DNA from: Pristiophorus japonicus
Taxonomy: Eukaryota
Direction of reading: 5' to 3'
NCBI RefSeq assembly: GCF_044704955.1
Contig: NC_091982.1
Span: forward strand, 148,986,001-149,050,000
DNA length: 64,000 nucleotides
Part shown: positions 1 through 13,200 of the stretch, in pieces
Numbering within the stretch: the first letter of the stretch is position 1
Layout of the letters: every line of letters starts with the position of its first letter
Program-made: the position numbers and the translations under genes
Notes under the pieces: generated by a model
What the model was told of the DNA's origin: nothing
The model's input: the letters and a program-made list of their open reading frames with translations, nothing else
The model's database searches: none

Positions 1-3000
1 AACACAGATAGTGAACACAGATAATTAATACAATATAATGAACACAGATAGTGAACACAGATGGTGAACACAGATAATGAATGCAGGATCGTGAACACTG
101 ATAGAGAACACAGGATGGTAAACACAGGATAGTGATCACAGGATAGTAAACACATACTGTGAGCAAATGATCATGAACACTGATAGAGAAGACAGCATTG
201 TGAACACAGATAGTGAGCATAAGATCGTGAATACTGATAGTGAACACAGGATAGTGAGCACAGCATAGTGAGCCACAATAGTGAACACTGATAGTGAACA
301 TGGGATTCTGAACACTGATAGTAAATACAGTATAGTGAACACAGATGGTGAACAAAGGATAGTAAGTACAAGATGATGTACACATGATAGTGAACACTGA
401 TAGTGAACACAGGATAGAGATCACAGAGAGTGAACATACGATATTAAATACAGGATAGTGAGCACAAGAGAGTGAACACGGAGAGTGAGCACAGGATAGT
501 GAACACAGGATATTGTACACAGATAGCGAACACAGGATATTGAACACAGATAATGAAAACAGATAGTGAACACATGATAGTGAACACAGGATAGTGAACA
601 CATAATAGTGAACACTGATAGTGATCATGGGAAAGTGAACACATGATATTGAGCACAGGTAGTGAACAAAGAATAGTGAGCACAGGATAGTGAACAGTGG
701 AGAGTGAACACTGATAGTTGTCACAGGTAGTGAATACTGATAGTGAACACGGGATTGTGAATGCAGCATAGTGAACACCGATAGTGAACACAGAATCGTG
801 AATACAGGATAATGACCAGAGATAGTTAAAACAGGATAGTGAAGACAGTATAGTGAGCACAGATAGTGAACACAAGATAATGAACAAAGGATAGTGAACA
901 CAGGATAGTGAACACTGATATTGAATCCAGCATAGTGAGCACACGATAGTGAACACAGGATAGTGAACACATGATAGTGAACACTGATAGTGATCATGGT
1001 AAAGTGAACACATGATATTGAGCACAGGTTGTGAACAAAGGATAGTGAGCACAGGATAGTGAACAGAGGATAGTGAACACTGATAGTGAGCACGGAATAG
1101 TGAACACATATATTGAACACAGGTTGTGGAAAACAGGATAATGAACAGAAGATAGTGAACATGGAGATTGAGCAGAGGACAGTGAAAACAGGATTGTGAA
1201 AACAGGATAGTGAACACAGAGACTAAGCACAGATAATGATCACAGATATTGAACACAGATAGTGAACACAGATATTTAACACAGATAATGAACACAGGAT
1301 AGTGAACACAGATAATGAACACAGGATCGTGAAGACAGGCAGTGAAAACCGGTAGTGAGCACTATAAATGAACACAGATAGTGAACACAGGATAGTAAAC
1401 ACAGATAGTCAACACTGATAGTGATCACACATAATGAACACAATGTAGTGAACACATAATAGTGAACACAGGAGAGTTAATGCAGGATTGTGAACACTGA
1501 TAGTGAACACAGGATAGTGAACAGTGGATAATGAATACTGATAGTGAACACAGATAGCGAACACAGGATTGGGAACACAGGATAGTGAAAAAGGGATTGT
1601 GAACACAGGATATTGAACTCAGATAGTGAGCACAGGATAGTGAACACCAATAATGAATACAGGATAGTGAACACAAGCTAGTGAACACAAGTAAGTGAAC
1701 ACGAATAGTGAGCACAGGATAATGAACTCAGATAGTGAACACAGGATAGTGAACACTAGATAATCTACACAGGATAGTGAACACAGGATTGTGAAAACAG
1801 TTCATGAACACACATAGTGAACACAGGATTGTGAACACTGTGTAGTGAACACTGTATAGTGAGTACAGGATAGTGAACATAGTTAGTGAACACAGGACAG
1901 TGAACACAGTCAGTAAACATGGGGTATTGAACAAAGTATAGTGAATACAGATTTTGAGCACAGAATCATGAACACAGATATTGAACACAGGATAGTGAAC
2001 ACTGATAGGGACCACAGGATATTGAGCACAGGATAGTGAACACAGGATAGTGAACACTGATAGTGAAAATAGCATCTTGAACACTGACAGTGAACACAGG
2101 ATTGTGAGAAAATTAGTGAACATAGGATAGAGAGCACAGGATAGTGAACAGTGGATGGTGAACACTGATCATGAACACAGGATAGTGAACAATGACAGTG
2201 AACACAGGATAGTGAACATGTGATAGTCAACAAGGATAGTGAACACAGAAAGTGAACACAGGATAGTGAACACAGAATATTGAACACAGATAGTGAAGAC
2301 CAGATAGTGAACACAGGATTGTGAACATAAAATATTGAACATGGAGAGTGAGCACAGGATAGTGAACACAGGATAATGAACACAGATAGTGAACACAGGA
2401 TAGTGGAGACAGGATTGTGAAACAGGTTAGTGAACACAGATAGTGAGCACACATAGTAAACACAGGAGAGTGAACACAGATATTGAACAAAGATATTGAA
2501 CACAGATAATGAACACAGGATAGTGAACACAGATAGTGAACACAGGTTAGTGAACACAGGATAGTTAACACTGATAGTGAACAATGGATATTGAACACTG
2601 ACAGTGAAGACAGGATAGTGAGAACAGATAGTGAACAAAGGATAGAGAGCACAGGATAGTGAACCGTGGATAGTGAACACTGATAGTGAACACAGGATAG
2701 TGAACACAAGAAAGTGAACATGGAGAGTGAGCACAGGATAATAAAGACAGATAGTGAACACAGGATAGGGAACACAGATAGTGAACACAGGGTAGTGAAC
2801 ACGGGATATTGAACACAGATAGTGAAGACCAGATAATGAAATAAGGATTGTGAACACAAGAAAGTGAACATGGAGAGTGAGCACAGGATAGTGAACACAG
2901 GATAATAAAGACAGATAGTTAACACAGGATAGTGAACACAGATAATGAACACAGAAAGTGAACACAGGATAGTGGAGACAGGATTGTGAAACAGGTTAGT

Positions 3001-6000
3001 GAACGCAGATTGTGAGCACACATATTAAACACTGGAGAGTGAACACAGATATTGAACAAAGGTATTGAACACAAATAATGAACACAGGATAGTGAACACA
3101 GATAGTGAACACAGAATAATGAACACAGATAATGAACACAGATAGTGAACTCAGGATAGTGAGCACAGGATAGTGAACACAGTTGCTTAACACAGTAGAG
3201 TGAACACAGGCTATGAACACATTAAGAGAACACACATAGCGAACACAGGATTGTGAACACTGTGTAGTGAACACTGTGTAGTGAGCACAGGATCGTGAAC
3301 ACAGTTCGTGAGCACTGGATAGTGAACACAGATAGTGAACGCACAATAGAGAGCACAGGCTAATGAACACAGTTACCGAACACAGGATTGTGAACACTGG
3401 ATTGTGAACATAGTCAGTAAACAGAGGGCAATTCACAGACAGCGAACACAGTTAATGAACACAGTGCATTGAACACAGGATAGTGAATACTGATAGTAAA
3501 CACAGGATAGTGAACACAGATAGTTCAGACAGAATAGTGAACATAGATCGTGAACAGAGAAAGTGAACACAAATAATGAATACAGGATTGTGTACACAGT
3601 TTAGTCAACACAGGGTAGTGAATATGGATAGTGAGCACAGGATAGTGAACTTAGATAGTGAACACAGGATATTGAACACAGAGAGTGAACACAGATAGTG
3701 AACATGCAGATAATGAACCCAGGATAGTGAACACAGATAGTGAACACAGATGGTGAATACATATAATTTACACAGGATAGTGAATACAGGATTGTGAACA
3801 CAGTTCATCAAAACACATAGTGAATACAGGATTGTGAACACTGTGTCGTGAACACTTTATAGTGAACAGAGGACAGTGAGCACAGTTAGTGAACACAGGA
3901 TAGTGAACACAAGATTTTGAAAACATTCAGTAAAAAGTGGGTATTGTACACCGACAGCGAAAACAGATAGTGAACACAGGTTAGTGAACACTTGATTGAG
4001 AACACAGATTATGAGCACAGGATCATGAACAGAGATAGTGAAGACAGGATAGTGTACACAGATAGTGAAGACAGGATAGTGAACACAGATAGTGAGCAGA
4101 AGATTGTGAATAATGATAGTGTACACAGGATAGCAAACACTGATCATGAACACAGGATAGTGAACTCAGGATACTGAACACTGAGAGTGAACACAGGACA
4201 GTGAACACAGGATAGTGAACACAGGATATTGATAACAGGATTGTGAACACAGGATAGTAAACACAGAGAGTGAGCTCATATTGTGAACAAAGGATAGTGA
4301 ACACATACCGTGAACACAGAATAATGAATACAGATAGTGCAGACAGATAGTGAACACAGAATAATTAATACAAATAATGAACACAGATGGTGAACACAGA
4401 TAGTGAACACACATCGTGAACACAGAATAGTGAACACATAACAGTGAACACAGGATAGAGAACACAGTTAGTGAACACAGTATAGTGAACACAGGATTGT
4501 GAACTCACTTTGTGAACACACTTAATGAACACAGAATTGAGAACACTGTGTAGTGAACATGGTATACTGAGCTCAGGATACTTAACATGGTTAGTGAAGA
4601 CAGGATAGTGAACACATATAGTGAACAGCGACAGTGAAAACAGAATGGTAAGCATGGGGGAAGTGAACACAGGATATTAAACACAGATAGTGAGCACAGA
4701 TAGTGAGCACAGATAATGAACACAGAATAGTGAACAGAGGATAGTGGATACAGATAATGAACACAGATAGTGAACACAGGATAGGGACCACAGAGAGTGA
4801 ACACAGAATAGTGAACACAGATAGTGAACATACATAATGAACACACATAATGAACACAGATAGCAGACACAGGATAGTGAGCACAGGATAGTGATCACAG
4901 GAAAGTGAACACAGAAAGTGAAACCAGGAGAGGGAGCACTGGATAATGCACACAGTTAGTGAACACACATCGTGAACAAAGTTTGTGAACACAGGATATT
5001 GAATACAGGATTGTTAACACAGGTTAGTGAACACAGATAGTGAGCACATAGTGAACACAGGATAGTGAACACAGGTAGTGAACACAGATATCGAACACAG
5101 ATAATGAAAACAGGATAGTGACTACAGATAGTGAACACAGAAAAATGAGCACTATAGTGAACACAGATATTGAACACAGATAATGATCACAGGATAGTGA
5201 ACACACATAGCGAACACAGGATAGTGAACACAGCTAGTTCACACAAGATAATGAACACAGGAAAGTGAACACAGGTTAGTGCTCACTGATAGTGAATACA
5301 GATCGTGAACACAGGTTAGTGAACACACATAGTGAGCACAGATATTTTACACAGATATCGAAAACAGGAAAGCGAACACAGATAGTAAACACAGAATAAT
5401 GAACACATATAGTGAACAAAAAAGTGAACACATAAAATGAAGACAGAATAGTGAACACAGTATAGTGAACACAGGATAGTCGGCACAGATAGTGAACACA
5501 GGATAGTGAACACAGAGAGTGAGCACATTTAGTTAACACAGGAGAGTGAACACAGATAATGAACACACATAATGAACAAAAGATAGTGAACAGGTAATAG
5601 TGAACACATTATAGTGAACACCGGAAAGTGACCACAGATAGTGAATGCACGATAATGAGCACAGCATAGCATAGTGAACACAGTTAGTGAACATAGGGTA
5701 GTGAACACATAATAGTGAATACAGATTGTGAGCACAGGACCATGAACAGAGATAGTGAAGACAGTATAGTGAACACAAATAGTGAGCAGTCGATAGTGAA
5801 CACATCATGAACAGCGTATGTAGGTTTAGTGAACACAGCGTAGTGAACAATGATAGTGAACACAGATAGTGAACACAGTATAGTGAACAAAGGATAGTGA
5901 AATCATGATAATGAGCACAGGATAGTGAGCAGCTGATAGTGAACAATGATAAGTGAACATTGGTTAGTGAACACTGATAGTGAACACATGATTAGTGAAC

Positions 6001-9000
6001 ACAGGATAGTGAACACTGATAGTGAACACAGATAGTGAACACAGGTTAGTGAACGCAGGAGAGTGAACAGAGATAATGAACACAGGATTGTGAACACAAT
6101 ATAGTGAACATGGAGAGTGAGCACAGGATAGTGAACACAGGATTGTGAACATACTTAGTGAACACAGGATAGTCAACACAGGTAGTGAACGCAGGATAAT
6201 GTGCAGAGTATAGTGAAAACAGTTAGTGAACACAGGATTGTGAACACAGCATTGTGAACACAGTCAGTAAACAGAGGTTAGTATACACAGACAGAGAACA
6301 CAGTTAGTGAAAAAGGGGAGTGAACACAGGATAGTGAGCAAAGAATAGTGAACACAGGATAGTGATTAAAGATAGTGAACACAGGTTAGTGAATACTGAT
6401 AGTGAACAAAGGATAATGAGCAGACATAGTGAACAAAGGATAGTGGGCACAGGATAGTGAACAGAGGATAGTTAACATTGATATTAAATACAGGATAATG
6501 AACACAGGATAGTGAACACAAGACAGTGAACATGGAGAGTTAGCACTGGATAGTGAACACAGGAGAGTGAACACAGAAAATTAACACAGGTTAGTGAGCC
6601 CAGGTAATTAACACAGATAGTGAACGCAGGATAGTGAACACAGTATTGTGAACACAGGATAGTGAACATAGGGAGTGAGCACAGATAGTGAACACAGGAT
6701 ATGGAATGCAGATAGTGAACACAGTATAGTGAACACAGGATTATGAACACAGGATAGTGAACACAGAGACTGAGCACATATAGTGAACACAGGAGAGTGA
6801 ACGCAGGAAAATGACCACAGATAGTGAATGCACGACAGTGAGCAGAAGAGAGTGAACACAGTTAGTGAACACAAGATTGTGAAGATAGAATTTTCAACAC
6901 AGTCAGTAAAAAGAGGGTAGTGTACACAGACAGCGAAAACAGTTAGTGAACACAGGGTAGTGAACACAGGATTGTGAATACAGATTTTGAGCACAGGATC
7001 ATGAACAGAGATAGTGAACACATGATAGTGAATACAGGATTGTGAGCACAGATAGTGAACACAAGATAGTGAACACAGGATAGTGAACACATGATAATGA
7101 GCACAGGATAGTGAGCATAGGATAGTGAGCACAGGATAGTGAACACTGAGAGTGAACACAGGATGAGTGAACACAGGAAAGTGAACACAGAATAATGAAC
7201 AAGGATAGTGAACAAGGATAGTGAGCACAGGATCGTGAACCCAAAATAGTGACCACGGTGAGTGAGCACAGGATAGTGAACACAGGATAGTGAACACAGT
7301 TAGTGAACACAGGATGGTGAACACAGTCAGTAAACAGAGGGAAGTGTACACAGACAACGAACATAATTAGTGAACACAGGATAGTGAAGACAGGATAGTT
7401 AAAATAGATAGTGAGCAGAAGATTGTTGAATACTGATAGTGAACACTGGATAGTTAACACAGATAGTGAACACAAGATAGTGGACACAGGATAGTGAACA
7501 CCAGATAGTGAACACATGATCATGAGCACAGGATGGTGAACACAGAAAAGTGAACACTAATAATGAACATGGGATAGTGAGTGCAGGATAGTGAATACAG
7601 GATAGTGAATGCTGATAGTAAACACACGGTAGTGAGCACAGGATAATGAACACCGATGTGGAACACAGGATAGTGAAAACAGGATAGTGAACACAGGAAA
7701 GTGAACACTGATAGTGTACACAGGATAGTGAGCACAGGATAGTGAATGCAGGATAGTGAACACTGATAGTGAACACACGATAGTGAGCACGGGATTGTGA
7801 ACACAGATATGGAACACAGGAGAGTGAACAAGGTTAGTGCAAAAAGATAGTGAACACAGGAGAATGAACACTTATGCTGATCACAGGATAGTGAACACTG
7901 ATAGTGAACACAGGATAGTGAAGACAGGATATTGAGCAAGGATAGTGAACACAGGATAGTGTACACAGGATAGTGAGCACAGATAGTGAACAAGGACAGT
8001 GAACAAATGTAGTGAACGCAGGAGAGTGAAGATAGGACAGTGAAGACAGATAGTGAAGACAGAAAGTGAACACATGATTGGGAGCAGAAGATTTTGAACT
8101 CGGAGAGTGAGCACAGGCTAGTGAACACGGGTTAGTGAACACAGTTTGTGCACTCAGGATTGTGAAAACTGGATTGTGAAAACAGTCAGTAAACAGAGGG
8201 AAGTGTACACAGACAGTGAACACAGTTAGTGAGTCATCGTAGCGAACACAGGATAGAGAATACAGATTGTGAGCACTGGATCGGGAACACAGATGGTGAA
8301 GACAGGATAAGGACCACAGATAGTGAGCAGAAGATTGTGAATATTGACAGTGAATATAGGATAGTGAACACAGAAAGTGAACACAGGAAAGTAGACACAG
8401 GATAGTGGACACAGGTTAGTGAACACAGGATAGTGAACACAGGATAGTGCACACAGGATAGTGCACACAGGACATTGAACACAGAATAGAGAACAATGGT
8501 AGTGAACACAGGATAGTAAACATAGGATAGTAAATACAGGATAGTGAACGTCGATAGTGAACATGCGATAGTGAACACGGGATAGGGAACACAGAATTGT
8601 GAACATCGTTAGTGAACACAGAATAGTCAACACAGGTAGTGAACGCAGGATAGTGAGCAGAGGATAGTATAAACAGTTAGTGAACACAGGATTGTGAACA
8701 CAGCATTGTGAACACAGTAAGTAAACAGAGGGTAGTGTACACAGACAGCAAACACAGTTCGTGAAAACAGGGGAGTGAACACAGGATAGTCATCAAAGAA
8801 TAGTGAAAAAAGATAGTGATCACAGATAGTGAACTCAGTATAGTAAACACAGGATAGTGAACCTTGATAATGAAAGCGGGATAGTGAACACTGATAGTGA
8901 ACACATGATAGTGAGGAGAGATAGTGAACAAAGTATAGTGAACACTGATAGTGAACACAGGATAGTGAGCAGAGATAGTGAACAAAGGATAGTGAGCACC

Positions 9001-9497
9001 GGATAGTGAACAGAGGATAGTGAACAGTGATAGTGAACACAGGATAGTGAACACTGTACTGTGAACACAGGATAGTGAACATAGGATAGTAAATACAGGA
9101 TAGTGAACGTCGATAGTGAACATGCGATAGTGAACATGGGATAGGGAACACTGATAGTGAACACAGGATATGAACACAGAATTGTGAACATCGTTAGTAA
9201 ACACAGAATAGTCAACACAGGTAGTGAACGCAGGATAGTGAGCATAGGATAGTGTAAACAGTTAGTGAACACAGCATTGTGAACACAGCATTGTGAACAC
9301 AGTCAGTAAACAGAGGGTAGTGTACACAGACAGCAAACACAGTTAGTGAAAACAGGGGAGTGAACACAGGATAGTAATCAAAGAATAGTGAAAACAAGAT
9401 AGTGATCACAGATAGTGAACTCAGTATAGTAAACACAGGATAGTGAACATTGATAATGAAAGCGGGATAGTGAACACTGATAGTGAACACATGATAG
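1..9497 (+). repeat. Degenerate 13/14-bp tandem satellite, segment 1 (GTGAACACAG[G]ATA)n
   Basis: Continuous head-to-tail GTGAACACAGATA / GTGAACACAGGATA monomers with point variants (GTGAGCAC, GTGAATAC, GATTGTG, GTTAGTG, GATAATG); continues off the left edge. Minus-strand translation shows the expected 14-aa (3x14 bp) and 9-aa (13+14 bp) periodicities. Confidence 0.97.
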
Positions 9498-9565
9498 TGT
9501 TAGCGTTAGTGTTTTCTCAGAAGAATCACTCAACACTCAGAGTCGGTTCCAATGCTGATGCGGCC

Positions 9566-9715
9566 TTTATTACGCTTAGCAGGGAGGAAATCACAAGACT
9601 GAGTCCAGGCTTCTCTCCACAGAACAAAGGGTTACATTCACTTTTATATGTTTCACAACAGTTACAAACAGTTTACTACAGTTACACAGCCCATCACGGC
9701 TGGACACAAGCCAAT
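9566..9715 (-). promoter_or_regulatory. LTR core promoter and polyadenylation signal
   Basis: Minus strand: inverted CCAAT box (CCAAT on plus strand 9711-9715), TAACTG/AAACTG/TAACTG triplet (9659-9684), TATAAAA (9642-9648) and AATAAA (9566-9571) ~70 bp downstream of TATA. Identical in copy 2. Activity not demonstrated. Confidence 0.65.
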
Positions 9716-9825
9716 CACAATGATTATAGATTACATATAGGTTATTTTAACCCAATAGAATTCCCCTTATGTCTCAGGAACCATGTGTTCGTCTCTTGTC
9801 AGCTTGGGCTGATTGATAACTTTAC

Positions 9826-9975
9826 TACAGGAGATAGGTTCTCTCACTAGTCCTTTCTTCTTGGAGAAATAATTGGTTTATAACCTTGTTTACAGGAGAT
9901 GGGTTCTCTTATCTCTTTCTTCCTGGGGAATTAATTGGTTTATGGCCTTGAATACGGAGGATGGGTTCTCTCCTC
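9826..9975. repeat. ~63-bp imperfect tandem subrepeat (about 2.3 copies) in LTR U3
   Basis: TAC(A)GGAG(G)AT(A/G)GGTTCTCT recurs at ~9826, ~9891 and ~9953; the first two are followed by TTTCTTC(T/C)TGG..AATTGGTTTAT..CCTTG. Resembles U3 enhancer duplications. Confidence 0.75.
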
Positions 9976-10201
9976 ATTATTCTTATCCTGCATCCAAGGC
10001 ATTCCTATAGTGGGCCTCACAGGGTTATTGCTCGGTCATTGAACATTCAACAGTTAACAGCTTGTCTACCTGATTTCCCATCATGCCTGGGCAGCCATTT
10101 TATGTGTGGCCACTTTAAACTTATATGCGTTTAGATATATCTAGCAGGTGCCTAATGCCTAGTATTCTGGTATATTCTAAAGGTGCCTACCTCCTACAAC
10201 A

Positions 10202-13200
10202 ACAGTGAGCAGAGATAGTGAACAAAGGATAGTGAACACTGATAGTGAACACAGGATAGTGAGCAGAGATAGTGAACAAAGGATAGTGAGCACAGGATAG
10301 TGAACAGTGATAGTGAACACAGGATAGTGAACACAGGATAGTGAACACAGTACTGTGAACACAGGATAGTGAACACAGAGAGTGAGCATGGAGAGTGAAC
10401 ACAGGATATTGAACACAGATAGTGAACACAGGACAGTGAACACAGATAATGAACACAGATATTGAACACAGATAATGAACATAGGATAGTGAACACAGAT
10501 AGGGAACTCAGGATAGTGAACACAGGATTGTGAACACATGATAGTGATCACAGAGAGTGAGCACATATAGTGAACACAGGAGCGTGAATGCATGAGTGAA
10601 TGCGGATAGTGAACACAGGATTGTGAATACCAGTTGGCGAACACACATAATGAACACTGGATTGTGAACACTTTGTAGTGATCACTGCATAGAGAGCACA
10701 GGATAGTGAACACAGTTAATGAACACAGGAAAATGACCAGAGATATTGAACACACGACAGTGAGCAGGAGATAGTGAACACAGTTAGTGAATATAGGATT
10801 GTGAAGATAGGATTTCGAACACAGTCAGTAAAAAGAGGGTAGTGTACACAGACAGTGAACACAGTTAGTGAACACAGGATAGTCAACACAGGATTGTGAA
10901 TACAGATTGTGTGCACAGGATCATGAACACAGGATTGTGAACACAAAAAAGTGACAATGGTGAGTGAGCACTGGATAGCGCACGCAGGATAGTGAACACA
11001 GCTAGTGAACACAGGATGGTGAACACAGAATTGTGAACACAGTCAGTAAACAGAGGTAAGTGTATACAGACAGCGAACATAATTCGTGAACACAGCGTAG
11101 TGAACACAGGATAGTGAATACAGTTAGTGAATAGATGATGGTGAACACAGGATTGTGAACACAGATATTGAAGACAGGATAGTTAACATAGATAGTGAGC
11201 AGAAGATTGTTGAATACTGATAGTGAACAGAGTATAGTTAGCACAGATAATGAACACAAGATAGTGGACACGGTATAGACAACACAATATATTGAACACT
11301 GATAGTGAACACAGGATAGTGAGCACAGGATAGTGAACACAGGATAGTGAATACTGATCGTGAACACAGCATAGAGAGCACAGGAAAGTGAATACAGGAT
11401 GGTGAACACTGATAGTGAACATGGGATAATGAACACTAATAGTGAACACACGATAGTGAGCACAGATCGTGAACAAAGGATAGTGAGCACAGATAGTGAA
11501 CAATGGATAGTGAACACAGAATAGTGAACACACGATTGTGAATACTGATGGTGAACACAGGATAGTGAGCACAGAAAGTGAACAATGGATAGTGAACGCA
11601 GAATCGTGAGCAAAGATAGTGAACACTGATAGTGAACACATTATCGTGAGTACAGATAGTGAACAAAGGATAACGAACACGGGATAGTGAACAAGGATAA
11701 TTAACACAATATATTGAACACAGGATAGTGAACACGGGGTCGTGAACATGGCTAATGAGCACAGGATAGTGAACAAGGATAGTGAACACTGATAGTGAAC
11801 ACAGGATAGTGAACACTGATCGTGAACACCCGATTGTGAGCACAGATAGTGAACAAAGGATAGTGAACACAGGATAGTGAATGGTGGGTAGTGAACACTA
11901 ATAGTGAACACAGGATAGTGAACACTGATATGGAACACAGGATAGTGAACAATGGGTGGTGAACACAGAATAGTGAGCACAAGATTGTGAATACTGATAA
12001 TGACCACGGGATAGTGAGCACTGATAGTGAACAGAGGATAGGGAACACTGATAGTGAATACAGGATTGTGAAAAATGATAGTGAACACAGGATAGTGAAA
12101 ATAGGATCGAGAACGAGGATAGTGAACACAGATAGCGAACACAGGATAGTGCAAAGAGGATAGTGAACACAGATAGTGAACCCTGGATAGTGGACACAGG
12201 GTTTTTAACACAAGTTTGTGAACACAGAGAGTGAGCACAGGATAGTGAACACAGGGTAGAGAACAGAGATAATGAACACCAGTTAGTGAACACAGATAAT
12301 GAACACAGAGAGTGAACACTGGATAGTGAACACTGGATTGTGAGCACAGGAAAGTGAACACAGATAGTATGCACAGATAGTGAATACAGAATAATAAACA
12401 CAGATAGTGACACATAGAGAGTGAATACAGATAATGAACACAAGATAGTGAACAAAGGAAAGTGAACACAGGGTAGTGAACATGAATAGTGAGTACAGGA
12501 TAGTGAACAATGATAGTGAACACTGGATCGGGAACACAGGATCGGGAACACGGATAGTAAACACCCATAATGAACATGGGATAGTGAACAAATAATTGTG
12601 AACTCAGGAAAGTGAACACAGTTAGTGAACTCAGCATAGTGAGCACAGGATTGTGAACACAGATAGTGAAAACAAGTTAGTGAACACAGGATTGTGACCG
12701 CAGTTAGTGAACACACATAGTGAACACTTGATGTGAACACTGTGTAGTGAACACTGTATAGTGAGCAAAGGATATTAACACAGTTAGTGAACACAGGTTC
12801 GTGAACAGAGATAGTGAATGCAGGATACTGAGAACAGGATAGTGAAAACAGTTGGTGAACACAGGATTGTGAACACATGATATTGAACACAGTCAGTAAA
12901 CAGAGGGAAGTGTACACAGGCAGATAACACAGTTAGTGAACACAGAATAGTGAACACAGGATAGTGAACAAAATTTGTGAACACGGGATAGTGAACACAG
13001 ATAGTGAACACAGATAGAGAACACAGAATAGTGAACACAAGACAGTCAAAATTGTGAATATTGATAGTGAACACAGGATAGTGAACACAGGTTAGTGAAT
13101 ACTGATAGTGAACAGTGGATAGTGAATACTGATAGTGAACACAGAATGGTGAACATGGATAGTGAACACAGATAGTGAACACAGGTTTGTGAACACAAGA

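Larger units (their letters stand above)
9498..10201 (-). mobile_element. Solo LTR of an LTR retrotransposon/ERV (704 bp), copy 1
   Basis: Non-satellite island bounded by TGTT...AACA. Flanked by ATAG (9494-9497) and ACAG (10202-10205), a 4-bp TSD with one mismatch; the empty paralogous site is at ~8908 in the adjacent ~586-bp duplicate. Minus strand has TATAAAA (9648-9642) then AATAAA (9571-9566), giving U3-R-U5 order. No coding domain; second copy at 38738-39391. Family not assignable without a library search. Confidence 0.85.

Noticed and set aside
3992-4177. Only plus-strand ORF wholly within the satellite (61 aa)
   Set aside because: A chance run of alternating 13+14-bp monomers keeps TAG/TGA out of frame.
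8757-8773. CENP-B box-like GTTCGTGAAAACAGGGG
   Set aside because: Only 8 of 9 core positions match (AGGG instead of CGGG), it occurs once, and the paralog at ~9342 lacks TTCG.
9443-9850. 135-aa plus-strand ORF across the satellite/LTR junction
   Set aside because: GTG start within the satellite, antisense to the LTR, no motifs, and its start is absent from copy 2.
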